64,000 nt of DNA, taken from the NCBI GenBank assembly GCA_043228905.1, contig JBHGNT010000013.1, positions 17,422,001 to 17,486,000 on the forward strand. Reading direction: 5' to 3'. A program made the position numbers and the translations under genes. Below the pieces are notes generated by a model that saw nothing but the letters and a program-made list of their open reading frames with translations, made no database searches and was not told where the DNA came from. Shown here piece by piece: positions 52,025 through 64,000 of this stretch (the stretch's first letter is position 1; every line of letters starts with the position of its first letter). This DNA is from Azolla caroliniana (taxonomy: Eukaryota; Plantae; Polypodiophyta).

Positions 52025-54845
52025 TGTTAGGAGACAGGTCCCTCCAGATGGGAAAGAGAGCGCGAGTCGGAGAGAAGAGTAAGTTGAATCGGTTGACAAC
52101 AACTCGGCCAAGGCCGAAAAATTGATTGATTCCCTAATCAGGCGAAGCTGACTCGGGGCTATATTTGAGAACTCAAGGTTGTTGCCTTGTAGTCTCTTAG
52201 TGTACATTGCTCTTACCTATAGTGATTTTCTTGGAGTTTGTGAAATCCTGTGGTTTTTCCCTATCAGGGTTTCCACATTAAAAATACTTGTGTCTTTGTA
52301 CTTTCATTTTTTGTCCTCTATTTTCTGTCATTTCAATCTTTGCACTTGCGTACACATGTGTATCAACCGGTTGTAGCCGGTAGTATCCTCATCAAACTGG
52401 TATCAAAGCGATGGATGAGCATCTAGGAGGCATGTTCAAACTTACTGGCTCCAACTATTTAGTGTGGAAGTCCAAGATGCGTGATATGTTGGTGTGCAGA
52501 GACCTCTGGTTGTGAGTGCAGTTCGGGGATGAGAAGCCAGACAAAATTGATGCATCGCCTTGGGAAGTAATGCATATGAAGACGATGACATATATAAGAT
52601 GTTTTATAGACATGATTCTATATAACAACTTCAATGAAGAGACCAAAGCAGACGTCCTCTGGAAGAAGATTGGCATAATGTTTGAGAACAAGAATGCCAT
52701 CAACAGAGTCTCAGTTTTCTGGCTCCGGTATTAGGATAAATCCAACATGATGGAGCACTTGAATGCCTTTCAGGGACCAAAAAACCAAACCACCTCTCTA
52801 GAAGTACATCTAGCCAACAAGGTATTAACACTATTTTCAATGGGATCCCTTCCGGACAGTTGGGAAACACTGGTTGTAAGTTGTCACATTGGCCAACACT
52901 AGACTGGAAGGGAAGCATCTATCCTAGGAGAAGCTGAAGTCTAGCTTATTAAATGAGGAAGCTCTCCGGAAGGACAAAGAGTCCATAACTGACCCGAAGG
53001 CCTTAGTCATAGAAGGTGACTTGAACTATGGAAGAGGCCAAAATAGAAGTCCCCAGGACCGAGAAAAGTCGGGGACAAGGTTGAAGTTGAGAGGAAGACC
53101 CTCATGCTTCTATTGTGGGAAGCTAGGGTACTTCCAAAAGAATTGCCGGCTCTTCTGAAAAGATAAAGGGGGAGTTGATGGTGCTGAACCAAAGAAGAAT
53201 CCGGATCGTAAAGGCACCTCAACTATCATGACAAGTGAGGAAGAGCTACAACTTATCAGTGAGCAGAATGAAGTAAACCTTGTTAACCATGAAACAACGT
53301 GGGTGGTCGACTTTGAAGCTTCGTTCCACTTGACCCCCGACCAGAAATGCTTCTCATCATACAAAGTTGAAAACCATGGTTTTGTGAAGACGGGGAATGA
53401 AGGAGCACGCCGAATCGTTGGTATTGGAGATGTGTGCTTGTTACCTTCAAGCAAGTGCAGATTGGTGTTGAAGGATGTGTGTCACGTTCCGGAGGTCAGA
53501 TTGAATATGATATCAGCCGGTCGGCTAGATGATGTACGCTACGTGGGTAGCATCCAGAATGGCACTCTAAAGTTCTGCAAGGGAAGCTTGATTGTGGCCC
53601 GAGATCGGAAGACAAACACATTTTATTTGATGCATGCTCGACTATGCCGGGAGGAAGTAAATGTGGCACTCGACACAGCCGGTGGGTTGTGGCACAAGAG
53701 GCTATGTCACATGAGTTAGAAGGGGATGGGGAAGCTTGTCGAGTATAATCTCATTCCAAAGATGAAGAATGTGCAATTGGATAAGTGCACCAACTGCCTA
53801 GATGACAAGCAGAACATAGCCTCCTTTCAATCCAGAACCCCGATGAGAAAGAAGGCACCGTTGGAACTCGTGCATACGAATGTATGTTATGTAGATACAA
53901 AGTCTCATGCTGGTTCACAATATTTTCGCGATCTTCATAGATGACTGTAGCCGGAAGCTGTGGGATTTCATATTAAGGACTAAGGACCAGGTATTGTTGG
54001 TCTTCAAGGAATTTCAAGTGAGAGCCGAGAGAGAGACCAACCAGAAATTGAAAGCAGTTCAAGTGGATAATGGAGGAGAATACCGAGGGTAGTTCGAAGA
54101 GTATTGCCGGTCGAAGGGAATCCAGCTCGCATACTCCATGTTGAATATGCCTAGGCTTAATGGATTGGCCAAGAGAATGAACCGAACCATCATGGAAAGA
54201 GTTGAGAGCATGCTTGCACATGCAAAGTTATCAAAGACATTTTGGCTTGAGGTGCTGATCACGACAATCTACATGATAAATAGATCACCCTCAGTTCACT
54301 TGGACAGAGATATTCCACAAAGGTGTGGACATGCAACGACGTATCATACTGGCATCCCTGAAGACTGGGCCATGCATATTCTTGGGATACGGCGATGATG
54401 AATTCGGTTACCGGCTATGGGACTTCGCAAAGAAGAAAGTGATCCAGAGCCGAGATACAATCTTCATACAGGAGAAGACTATTGTCGAGTGGGAGAAGGA
54501 GAAGTGGAATACATCCTCCCAGCTAGTTGGATGTGGAATGCCGACTGAAGAACAAGGTCAGCCAATTGGATCCAGACAGGAAGTTGGATCGGTTGAAGAT
54601 CAGTTGGGAGTCTGATCCGGAAACAGGGTCGGGTCTGGAGCCGGATTGACCGGAAGGTATCCGGTCGGATATGAAGAGGAAGAAGAAGTAGTCGACTCCA
54701 AGTCGGACGACGAACCAAGTGAATCAGAAGAGGAAGGACCTAGCGAGTTGGCTAAGGAAAACAAAGGAAGCAAATACCCTCTAAGGACCAGAAGGCCCCC
54801 CCAAAGATATATTGACAAAGAGTACGTGTTGCTGGATGAAAATAG
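52025..54845 (+). mobile_element. Decayed Tnt1-like copia, 5' half (LTR 52025-52394, PBS-Met 52398-52409, gag-PR-IN)
   Basis: TG..CA LTR, then TGGTATCAAAGC and an ATG at 52411. TWVVDFEAS, LWHKRLCHMS, FIDDCSRKLW, DNGGEY and FLGYGDDEFGYRLWD appear with many stops and frameshifts. Confidence 0.92.
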
Positions 54846-56480
54846 TGATGGGCCACAACCGAGTCTCAATCGCATAGTGGAAGAAAATTGAAAACAGAAA
54901 TAAGACAACACAGAATATTAATGTGGAAAACCCTAATCGTGAAAAACTACGGGAGTTCTCGGTACTCCGAATAGGATCACTATAGGGAGGAGGTATTACA
55001 GTAAGAGTCACAGACGCAACGAACTTGCGCTCTTTGTCTTCGCCAACCGGCGGTTACATACAGAAACGACTTTCTGTATCTCTCTCTCTCTCTCTCTCTT
55101 AGTCTATACAACTTCACTATATCAACAACACAAAACAGTGTTGCCCTAGTTATATTTATACATATATAACTTTGGGGCTATTTACAAATATGACTTGAAA
55201 CAATCACATCGGAATATATACATAAACTAATGTCTAACCAGATACCAAAACCGGATCCATTCGATCTAGTTTCCGGAAATCATTCAGATCCATTTGGTCC
55301 GGTCCTTTCCTTCGGTTCGACCGACTCTCACCTGGATCCCATCTAGAGGGACCTGTTTCTCAACAAACTCCCCCTTCACTCTAGCATGGGATGTCTCGTG
55401 AGTCCGATCCGTCTCCGGTAGACTTCTAGCTTGTCGGATGCTACCGCCTTGGTTAGCATGTCCGACCTATTCTCCTTCGTGTGTATCTTCGTCAGTGAAA
55501 ACTTGTTATCTTCTACTTTCTCTCCGAGCCTGTGATATCTCCTCTGGATGTGCTTGGTCCGGGAATGGTAGGCCACGTTCTTCGTGAGGTGGATGACACT
55601 TTGACTGTCACAATGGAGCCGGAATTCCTCCTACTGGATCCCTAGTTCTCCGATGAAGTCCTTCATTTAGATTACCTCTTTCTCGGCTCTCTACAGCCGC
55701 CATGTATTCCACTTCCGTTGTTGACAGTGCAACGGACTTTTGCAGCCTTGAGTGCCATGATACGGCTCCCCATGCATATGTCATGACATATCTGGATGTA
55801 GACCGGCTGGTGTGCACATCAGTCGACATGTTGAATCCGTAAAGCCTTCCACTTGGGGTTTACCTGAGCCGAATCAGATGCACATGCTCGAGGTGCCTTT
55901 CAGGTACCGGAATATCCACTTGATGGCGGTCCAATGTTCTCTTCCCGAATTGTTCATGTACCGACTAACCACTTCGATTGTATATCCGATATCTGGCCGA
56001 GTACACACCATTGCGTACATCAAGCTTCCGACGACAGAGGCATATGGTATTTTCATCATCTCTGACTTCTCTGTCTTTATCTTCGGACTTTGTTTCCCGG
56101 ATAGCTTGCAGTTAGCTGTAAGTGTCGACTTGACCGGCTTCACATCCGTCATGTTGAACCGTTGGAGCACCTTCGTCACGTACTTCTCCCGTGACAGCCA
56201 CAATAGCTTCTTCGTCCAGTCTTGGACTATGTGCATCCCCAATATTTGTCTCGCCGGATCCGAATCTTTTGTTGAGAATGACTGGTTCAAGGCCTTCTTT
56301 AGCAAATCGTCCGGTCCGACGATTAGCATATCGTCCACGTAAGCAGGAGTATTAGAAAATCACCTCCATCGAACTTCTTCACAAACATGCAGTGGTGGGC
56401 TTGCGTCTTGTGGTATCCTTGGTCGGTCAAGAAGGAGTCGAACTTCCAGTACCATTGCCAGGGAGCTTGCTTCAATCCGT
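54846..56480 (-). mobile_element. Same-family copia in opposite orientation, 3' part (LTR 54846-55365, PPT, RNase H, RT C-terminus)
   Basis: LTR TG..CA with AACTCCCCCTTCAC adjacent. YHSRTKHIQRRYH, VALSTTEVEY, IPYASVVGSLMYAMVCTRPDI and VDDML. Confidence 0.92.
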
Positions 56481-57275
56481 TGTCGTGTTGTTACGCTCTT
56501 GTGTAGGAAAACTAAGGTGGGATCACAGGGGCCCTGGACCGAGGAATACCCGAAACAGAGGGAGGAGCAAGGCGAAACAATGGACCGGCAAGTACTGGCC
56601 ACCGGCAAGTAGGTACGTAGTGCTCACTGGGTGAGCGATCCTCGACTCGTGCTTGCTGGCTCAACGACTACCGCGGCAGCGTACGAAGAACGAACAGTAA
56701 CACACTCTCGTCTGATTTCGTGCCAACAATGGGCCGAGACACACACACAAATACGTAGAGGACTCACAAGCAAGGAATCGATTTAGGACAACTAGGTGAA
56801 TACAATGCTCTTCGAGATTACAACCGGCAAGCCGGTGAGTGACCACGCGCAAACACCCACACACAAAGAGCATGCAGTGCAGCCTCTGCCGAAGCGCACG
56901 GGCTTCTCCCTCGAGCAGAGGCAATCGACCAAAACTTGCAGAGCTCCACGAAGAAAATGAGAAGAGTGCTTGGTTCCTAGTTTGACAACACTTCGTCCTC
57001 CCAAAACGTGATACGTGTTTCAGTCTTCTCCCCTCTCTTTTATAGGCCGCCGGGGAGGGTTGTCACATCCTGAATTCATCATCTTTATTCTTTGTCCCTT
57101 CGAATAAGAGATACGCATCAATTTCCTAGCTAATAAATGTGTACTACCTAGTATATTTACATCAGTCGATCTATTCCTAATTATGTACAACTTATCAATC
57201 CTTGTGCTTGCGCGTAAGGGATGGTTCATGCACCCTTTACGCTGATTCCGACTAAGGCCGTTTTTCTTCACGACA
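56481..57275 (-). mobile_element. Solo LTR (795 bp), with termini like the gypsy element at 28 kb
   Basis: TGTCGTG...CACGACA inverted termini. The minus strand begins TGTCGTGAAG, as does the LTR at 31094. The flanks CCGT and ACGT are not identical. Confidence 0.85.
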
Positions 57276-58045
57276 ACGTACTTCTCCTATGACGTCCATA
57301 ACAATTTCTTTGATCAATCCCGGATTATGTGCATCTCCAATATCTGTCTCGCCGGACCCAAATCTTTCATTGAGAAGGTCTGGTTCAAAGTGTTCTTTAG
57401 ATTCCCGATTTTGGTTCGGTACAGTCTGATGATCACTATGTTATCCACATAAAGTAGAAGTATCAAGAAGTCACCTTCGTCAAATTTCTTCACGAACACG
57501 CAATGGTCGGCTTGCGTCTTGTGGTACCCTTGGTCGATCATGAAAGAGTCGAACTTTTGGTACCATTGCCGGGGAGCTTGCTTCAGTCCATATAAGCTCT
57601 TCTTCAACCGACATACCAGGTGCTCCTTCCCCTTCCTCACGAATCCCTCCGGTTGCTATATGTAGATCTCCTCCTCGAGGTCCTCGTGGAGGAATGATGT
57701 CTTAACATCGAGTTGTTCAACCTTGAGGTCCATGCTTGCCGCTATGCTTAACACACTCCGGATGGATGTCATCTTTACTACCAGGGCAAAGATCTCATTG
57801 AAGACCAGTTCTTTCTTTTGTTGGAAACCCTTCACCACGATCCGGGCCTTGTACTTTGGTGGATTTCCAGCACTCCCGGTTTTAGCTTGTACAACCACTT
57901 GTTCCGAAGTGCCCTCTTTCCTTTCGGCAACTCCGTCAGTTCGTATGTGTGGTTCTCATGCAGGGAATCCATCTCGTCCTGCATGGTACTCAACCACTTG
58001 CGGCTATGGGTGTCTTTCTTTGCTTCTTCGAAACTTTCCGGTTTA
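57276..58045 (-). mobile_element. Further copia RT fragment, overlapping in coding content with 56170-56480
   Basis: PESFEEAK, ELPKGKRALRNKW, YKARIVVKGF, EQLDVKTSFLH, KKSLYGLKQAPRQWY and LLYVDNI. Confidence 0.92.
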
Positions 58046-59300
58046 AGTTGGCCAAGGAGAGAGAGGGTTGTCACATCAGGTAGTTAAGTCGGCCGCTTCA
58101 GACAGAGATTTCCTCGATCTCCTCATGTCAAACTCACTCCCTTCCTCTCTATCCGTGTGGGACCTTAAAGGACCCATTAACTCCTATTTTCTAGTCCTAT
58201 GTTATTTACATGCATTCATACTTAGAGACCCAATGTTGGTCTTCACTCGTTTAAGCACCCGTTCCGGCACGTCCAGCTTTGTTTCACCGTGCAGCCGGAA
58301 CTTCCCACGACAACAGTGAGCTTGATCGGTTACCGGAAGCCGGACATCGAGTGTGTAGGTTCGTGGAAGGAACCAGGTCGTGCAGTTCGTAGGTAGAGCG
58401 GGAAACTAGTTACAAACAAACAAAAATAGAGATGAAAACCCAAAATGAGAAGCTAATAGATTAAGGTAAGCAGATTACAACTAGGCTCAACTGGTGGCAG
58501 AGCCGTACGCTTTATGAAACACACCCCCCACCCACACATGCACGCAGATAGATCAAGCAACCTCTTGTTGAATACGGGCTTCTAATGGACGTATTCACAT
58601 TGTCTCCTTTGTACACACTAGGCTTAGGCTACTTATGTAAATAGTGAGAAGGGCAATTGTCCTAAGTCAGTCAGTATATAAACTGACTGTGTAACCTAGT
58701 TCTTCTTCTTCTTCTTTGTGGCTTTTGCAATATATTCTGACTTGTGCCTAATTGTTTCTCTCTCTCTAACACACTAGTTGCATTCCTGTTTTTTCTCTCT
58801 ATGTTGCCATCAATCTACTGTGATCTTGCATCTACTTATGATCTTCCACTAGAGAGGAGTGTTGATCTTGTTCTGCACTAGATGACGACGCTCCCAACAC
58901 CTCTGGTCAGGAGCTCACGGGATTCCTGCACGAGCAGAGGCTTCCTTACAGAATCGTACACAAGAGAGAGAGACGGAGAGAGAGATCGGCCCACAAACCG
59001 ACAACACTTCGTCCTCCCCCAAAACTGAATCCCTAAAACAGGCTCAAGCCTCCCCTTTTATAGCACAAGGGGAGACCATTACATTGTGATCGGTGTCAGA
59101 GATTTCCCCATTCCCTGATTTCTTTCTGTGTGTGTAGGACTTTAAAGTACCTCATTAAATTCTACTACCTAGTACTTACTAGTCCTATATGCTATTTACA
59201 TTACGTTGGTACATAATACTTGATTTGTGTGTATCAGTGCACACACCCATTCACGTACACTCGGCTCTGTTTCTCTTTATGGCCAGAATCCTTCACGACA
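58046..59300 (-). mobile_element. Two partial LTRs of the ...CACGACA family (58046-58312 and 58313-59300)
   Basis: Both end in CACGACA. They share GAGGGTTGTCACATC or ACAACACTTCGTCCTCCC motifs with 56481-57275. Confidence 0.7.
58566..58899 (+). mobile_element. Copia solo LTR (334 bp) related to the 41-45 kb element's LTR
   Basis: TGTTG..CAACA termini and 5-bp TSD CCTCT. Shares TAATGGACGTATTCACA and CCTAAGTC.GTCA.TATATA with the reverse complement of 41070-41359. Confidence 0.92.
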
Positions 59301-59712
59301 ACATGCTAATGGAGAGTTGGATTGGTCAAGTACCCCATGCCGGAGTGAAGGGGGAGTTTGTTAGGAGACAGGTCCCTCCGGATGGGAAGAGTACAAGCCA
59401 AATGAGTAGAGAGTCAATAGGCCGAGGCCGCGACCGAAAATCGATAAATCGAATAATTGATTTAATAGTTGGTTCGGAGGCTATATTTGTAAATAGCCAT
59501 AAATGTTCTATGTGTATATATACATCTAGGGCAACCATTAGTTAGGTGTGATAATCATTATAGTTGTAAGTAGTTACTATGAGTAGTGGCCTCTGTAACT
59601 GTGAGTGAGTGAGAGAGTGAGAAGAGTAACTATGTTGTTATCTATTAGATGAAGACGAGCTCGAGATTGTTGCCTTTGAGTCTTCCTATACTCCTCTCCA
59701 TACACATAGTGA
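59301..59712 (+). mobile_element. Copia 3' end: RNase H tail, PPT and truncated 3' LTR starting at 59359
   Basis: ..RVGLVKYPMPE*, then GAAGGGGGAGTT|TGTTAGGAGACAGGTCCCTCC, the same start as the LTR at 52025. Confidence 0.88.
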
Positions 59713-61410
59713 TTTATGCATATTAATTCTCAACCTAGATTCATTTGAAAACAATTCCCACACATCTCTTGACTTACTAATATTCTCTCGATTAGGTGCC
59801 AAAAACCTAATATGGTCATCTCTGCAAGAGCTTGAACAATACATGGCTTCCTTGATGGCAACCTTACTCCAATCAATTCTTCCTCCATAGCCATATTGTG
59901 TAACATAACAAGAATATAATGTGTCACAATAGTGAATAGTAAAGGACTTACCATGCATCCTTGTCTAACTTATCTCCGAATAGAAATAGGTTGTGTTACT
60001 CCTCCATTAAACATCACGTGTGAAACCGAACCAGGCTCTCGTAATGTGTAAATCAACTTAGACATATGATCACCAAAACCCATATGAGACATCAACTGAT
60101 GTATCAATGACCAATCCACATTATCATAGGCTTTCTCAATATCCACTTGTAGCAACACTAATTCTTGTTTAGGCTCCTTTGCATAGCCAATTGCCATTTG
60201 TACATTAGCAAATTTTACATGTTATTTAAAACATGTGATACTAGTGTATCAAGTTTCTGAAAATTGCCTAAAATCGCAAGATTATAAAAGGAATCTATAA
60301 GTTGAATGCACAATCCTTCCACTTGTCAACGCGAACGTGTTATTTAAAATAGGGAAAAGTACCAGGATACCCCTGGAAGTTCGTCTATTTACCAAAATGC
60401 CCCTGGAAGTTCCAAATTTACCAAACTACCCCTATGTCCAAAAAATTACACTTTATAAAGTAATTATACACTCAAATCTACAAGCCCTATTTACCAAATA
60501 TGGAAGAATTGGACCCGAACTAGCCCTATGTATCAAAGATTTGAGTGTATAATTATTTTATAAAGTGTAATTTTTTGGACATAGGGGTAGTTTGGTAAAT
60601 TTAGAACTTCCAGGGGCATTCTGGTAAATAGATGAACTTCCAAGGGTATCCTGGTACTTTTCCCTTTAAAATATTATGTAAAATGTCTCTTTTTGCTAAG
60701 AACCCATACTGAGCATTAAGAATAATAGAAGGTAAAACCTTATGCAATCTATTGGACATCACTTTTGCAAAAATCTTGAATGTGTCAATGAAATAGGCCT
60801 CCACTAAGCAATGGAAGCTCGAGAAAGCTTTATCAAACCAATCTTCCAAGAATGAGGCATTTCCCCTGATGTTCACACCTTTTGAAATAAGACCGTAAAA
60901 GGCCCCATTCACTTAAGCACATATTTCTTTAAGATTTCATTTGTTAATCCATCCCACCCAAGACTCTTATCATTAGCAAGATGTGACATGACATATTCTA
61001 CCTCAACCTCTGAAATATTAGCATCTAATGATTGTGCCACATCATGCGATACATGATTTTTCACTCCATTAAAAAATACATCTCTATCCTTTTTAACATT
61101 ATCATCGATACACACTTCAGTACATCTAACAATTGTGTATAATATTGTACGCATTTCTTCACAATTTCTTGAGGATCATAACACATGATACCATTTTTCT
61201 CTAACCTTACTACATTATGTCATGCATGTGATTCATGAAGGTCATGAAAAAACTTATGTGATTGACAATAAGCATCCTCCACTTCTTGTCTTAGACGATG
61301 TAGTCTAACATGTTGATAATTTTTCGTCATAAGATCATGCATCGCAAAAAATAATACCTCTTGATATCCCATCAACTCTACATTTGTTGGCCAATAAGTT
61401 AGCAATAAGT
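59713..61410 (-). mobile_element. Family-B LINE internal fragment (pre-RT linker and RT), decayed and interrupted by a MITE
   Basis: Fragments such as LTYWPTNVELMGYQEV, HLANDKSLGWDGLT, KIFAKVMSNRLHKVLPSII and QVDIEKAYDNVDWS are close to the 35757-39262 copy. Confidence 0.95.
60352..60664. mobile_element. Mutator-like fold-back MITE, 313 bp
   Basis: About 128-bp terminal inverted repeats (GGGAAAAGTACCAGGATACCC... / ...GGGTATCCTGGTACTTTTCCC). 9-bp TSD TTTAAAATA at 60343-60351 and 60665-60673. Confidence 0.93.
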
Positions 61411-61809
61411 TAACAATGGGGCGAAACTAGTTTGCTCGTGGCCATTCTCATTGCCCCTATCTCATTGTAAACCCTATCTTAATGAAGATTAGTTTTGTTT
61501 AATCTCTCTCTCTCTCTCAAGCTCATGGGTATGTTTTAATCTTATTTAGTGTTTTATTGTTATGTAGAGTTTTATTTTTAGTATTTTGATCCCTCATCTC
61601 CCTATCCCCTCCCTCTGTCTCTTCTGATCGTCGCCTACACCAAGCTTTGTCTACGATTCGGGTGCACTCAAATCGATCTTGGTGGTCTTGTCTCCCTCTC
61701 GACTTATCTACAACCCACCCACCAATGATTTCCCCGTTCCGCGCTCCTTGTACCCGGCCGTAAGGTCAACAAAAATACACGAAGACGAACTTAATTTCTT
61801 TCTCCTTCT

Positions 61810-62058
61810 TGTTGGAAAAACCAGGTCCCTCCAGATGGGATGAGCCGAAATCGATGAGGAAGCTCGGCCAAGGTCAAAAATTGATTTCCGAAATTGGGCG
61901 ACTATATTTGTAGATAGTCCAAATATGCCCCTTGTGGGCTATACTTGTAAATAGCCAGAAAGTTGTTGTAGTATTTAAACAACTAGGGCAAACTTTAAGT
62001 TGGTGTAGTTGATCATTATTGTTGTATAGTTCGAGATGTTGTTGCCTCTATAACTGTG

Positions 62059-62094
<36 letters not shown>

Positions 62095-63306
62095 GTAACT
62101 CAACAGCCGTCTGTCAGACGAAGAAGATCTCGAGGTTGTTGCCTTTGAGTATCCTATTGTACTCCTCCTCATCATTAGTGATCTAGTTCAGAGTTCGAGA
62201 ACTCCCATGGTTTTTCCCTTTTGGGTTTTCCACGTTAAACACTGTGGCTCTATTTCTCGTTCTCTGCCCCCTCGTTTTCTAACTGCGTATTCTCTTGCTT
62301 GTTTCTTTTGCACACAGAAAGGAGCGTGAAACCGGTTATGGTCGGTCGATTCTTAACAAAGTGGTATCAGAGCGATGGATGACTCGTTCGACGGCATGTT
62401 CAAGTTGACCGGCTCCAACTACTCAGTGTAGAAGTCGAAGATGTGGGACACACGGGACTGTCGATGCAATTTGGAGATAAAAGGTCAGACAAGATCGATG
62501 CATCGACTTCAGAAGTCATGCATCTGAAGGCGGCAACGTATATAAGGTGTGCTATAGACATGATTCTATACAATAAATTTGATGAAGAGACAAGTGCCGA
62601 CGTCCTCTGGAAGAAGATTGGCGTGATGTTCGAAAACAAGAACGTCATGAACAATCTCTCAGTTTTCAGAAAAATCGTGAGACTCTGGTATCAAGATGGC
62701 TCCAGCATGGCGGAACATATTAATGCCTTCCAAGGACTGATGAATCAAACCACCTCTCTAGAAGTACCTTTTGCGGACGAGGTATTAGCACTGTTGTTGT
62801 TGGGATCCCTTCCGGATAGCTGGGAAATGTTGGTTGTCACATTAGGCAACGTGGGACCAAAAGAGAAACACTTATCCCTAGAGCAGGTGAAGTCGAGCTT
62901 GTTGAATGAAGAAGCTCGCTGGAACGACTGAGAGTCCAATACCAACCTGAAGAACCTCATCACGGAAAGTGACACGAATCGAGGGTGAGGTCGAAATCGA
63001 AGTCCCAGAATCGAGATAAGTCGGCGACGAGGTCGAAGTCGGGGGGAAGGCCCACGTGCTTCTATTGTGGGAAGCCGGGGCACTTCCAAAAGAATTGCCT
63101 ACACTTTCTAAAGGAGAAAGGGAGAGCTGATGGTGTAGAGCCGAAGAAAATACCAGATAAAAATAACACCTCAGCAATCGCCACGAGTGAAGAGAAGTTG
63201 TTGTTCATTAGTGAACAAAATGAGGTCAATCTCGCCGACGAAGAATCAACATGGGTGGTCAATTTGGGTGCGTCGTTTCACCTAACCCTCAACCGAAAGT
63301 GCTTCT
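61810..63306 (+). mobile_element. Tnt1-like copia, 5' part (LTR 61810-62358, PBS-Met 62362-62373, gag-protease), interrupted at 63307
   Basis: TGTTGG..TAACA LTR, TGGTATCAGAGC and an ATG at 62375. LLLGSLPDSWE, CFYCGKPGHFQKNC and TWVVNLGASFH. Confidence 0.93.
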
Positions 63307-64000
63307 TGATGAGGAGAGAGAGAAAAAGGATAGAGAAGAGAAGAGGAAGAGAAAAGAATACTTCAATATACTATTAGGAAAACAATACAATCCTCTTAGA
63401 CTCCAAAAGTAACAACCCCAAATAACACTACTTTAATATACTATTAGCCAAAATAGTCTTTCCTTCGTCTCTCTTTCTTCGACTAATCTTCTTCTCACTT
63501 CGCCTAATCGTTCTCACTTCTTCTTTTAGATATTCTATTCCCCCTTTTGTCTCTCCCAATTGCTAAGAATACCCTCATATTTATAGGTTTTTCTTTGCGT
63601 TATTCTTGCTTTTTTCTTTTTTTTCTTTCTACATATCCTCGAGTTTGTGTGATGTGTTTTTCATATCATTATTTATATCTCTCTTTGTCAGCTTTCTTAT
63701 AAATCTTTTCTTTTGAAATTTGGATATGAGATGAAGAAGTTATGAGCTTTTTTCTCTGCCTTGCTTTTTCTACCTTTTTTATGTGTTTTTTTCTTTTTTC
63801 TTGCTTTTTCTACTTTTGGAAAACGCCTCTAACTTCATATGCCTTCAATTTCATTCGTCTTTTAACTCTTAAACACCTTAGCATCCGATGCATTTGCCAT
63901 GGTCTTTTCTTACGAGCAAAAATTGACTTCACACTTCTCATCATACAAGGTCCGAGACCACGTTCTTATAAAAATGGGGAATAAAGGAGCATGTCGAATC
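63307..64000. mobile_element. Probable LTR of another element inserted in the copia protease region, running off the window
   Basis: Copia homology stops abruptly at TGATGAGG. Non-coding AT-rich sequence follows, with TATTTATAGG (TATA on the minus strand). Confidence 0.55.

Overview
Repeat-rich eukaryotic (land plant) nuclear DNA. The PLS-PPR style, LINE and LTR lineages and abundant (GA)n tracts suggest a fern or other seed-free plant (inference). Two host genes are supported. One is an intronless PLS-class PPR gene (3217-5361) whose 3' end is tandemly triplicated and which lacks E2/DYW. The other is a four-exon TMEM50/UPF0220-family gene (7957-10890) with a GC-AG third intron. From about 23 kb onward the window is mostly nested transposons: two LINE families; a young Ty1/copia element with a 1287-aa ORF but no normal PBS (41070-45730); a tRNA-Trp-primed gag/protease-only Ty3/gypsy element (28234-31701) inside a solo LTR inside a LINE; a cluster of decayed Tnt1-like copias and solo LTRs (52-64 kb); and a Mutator-type fold-back MITE. 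The best candidate for an undescribed system is a LINE family whose copies begin and/or end in (GA)n microsatellites instead of poly(A), with an LADD reverse-transcriptase motif. All calls come from reading the sequence by eye; no searches were run.
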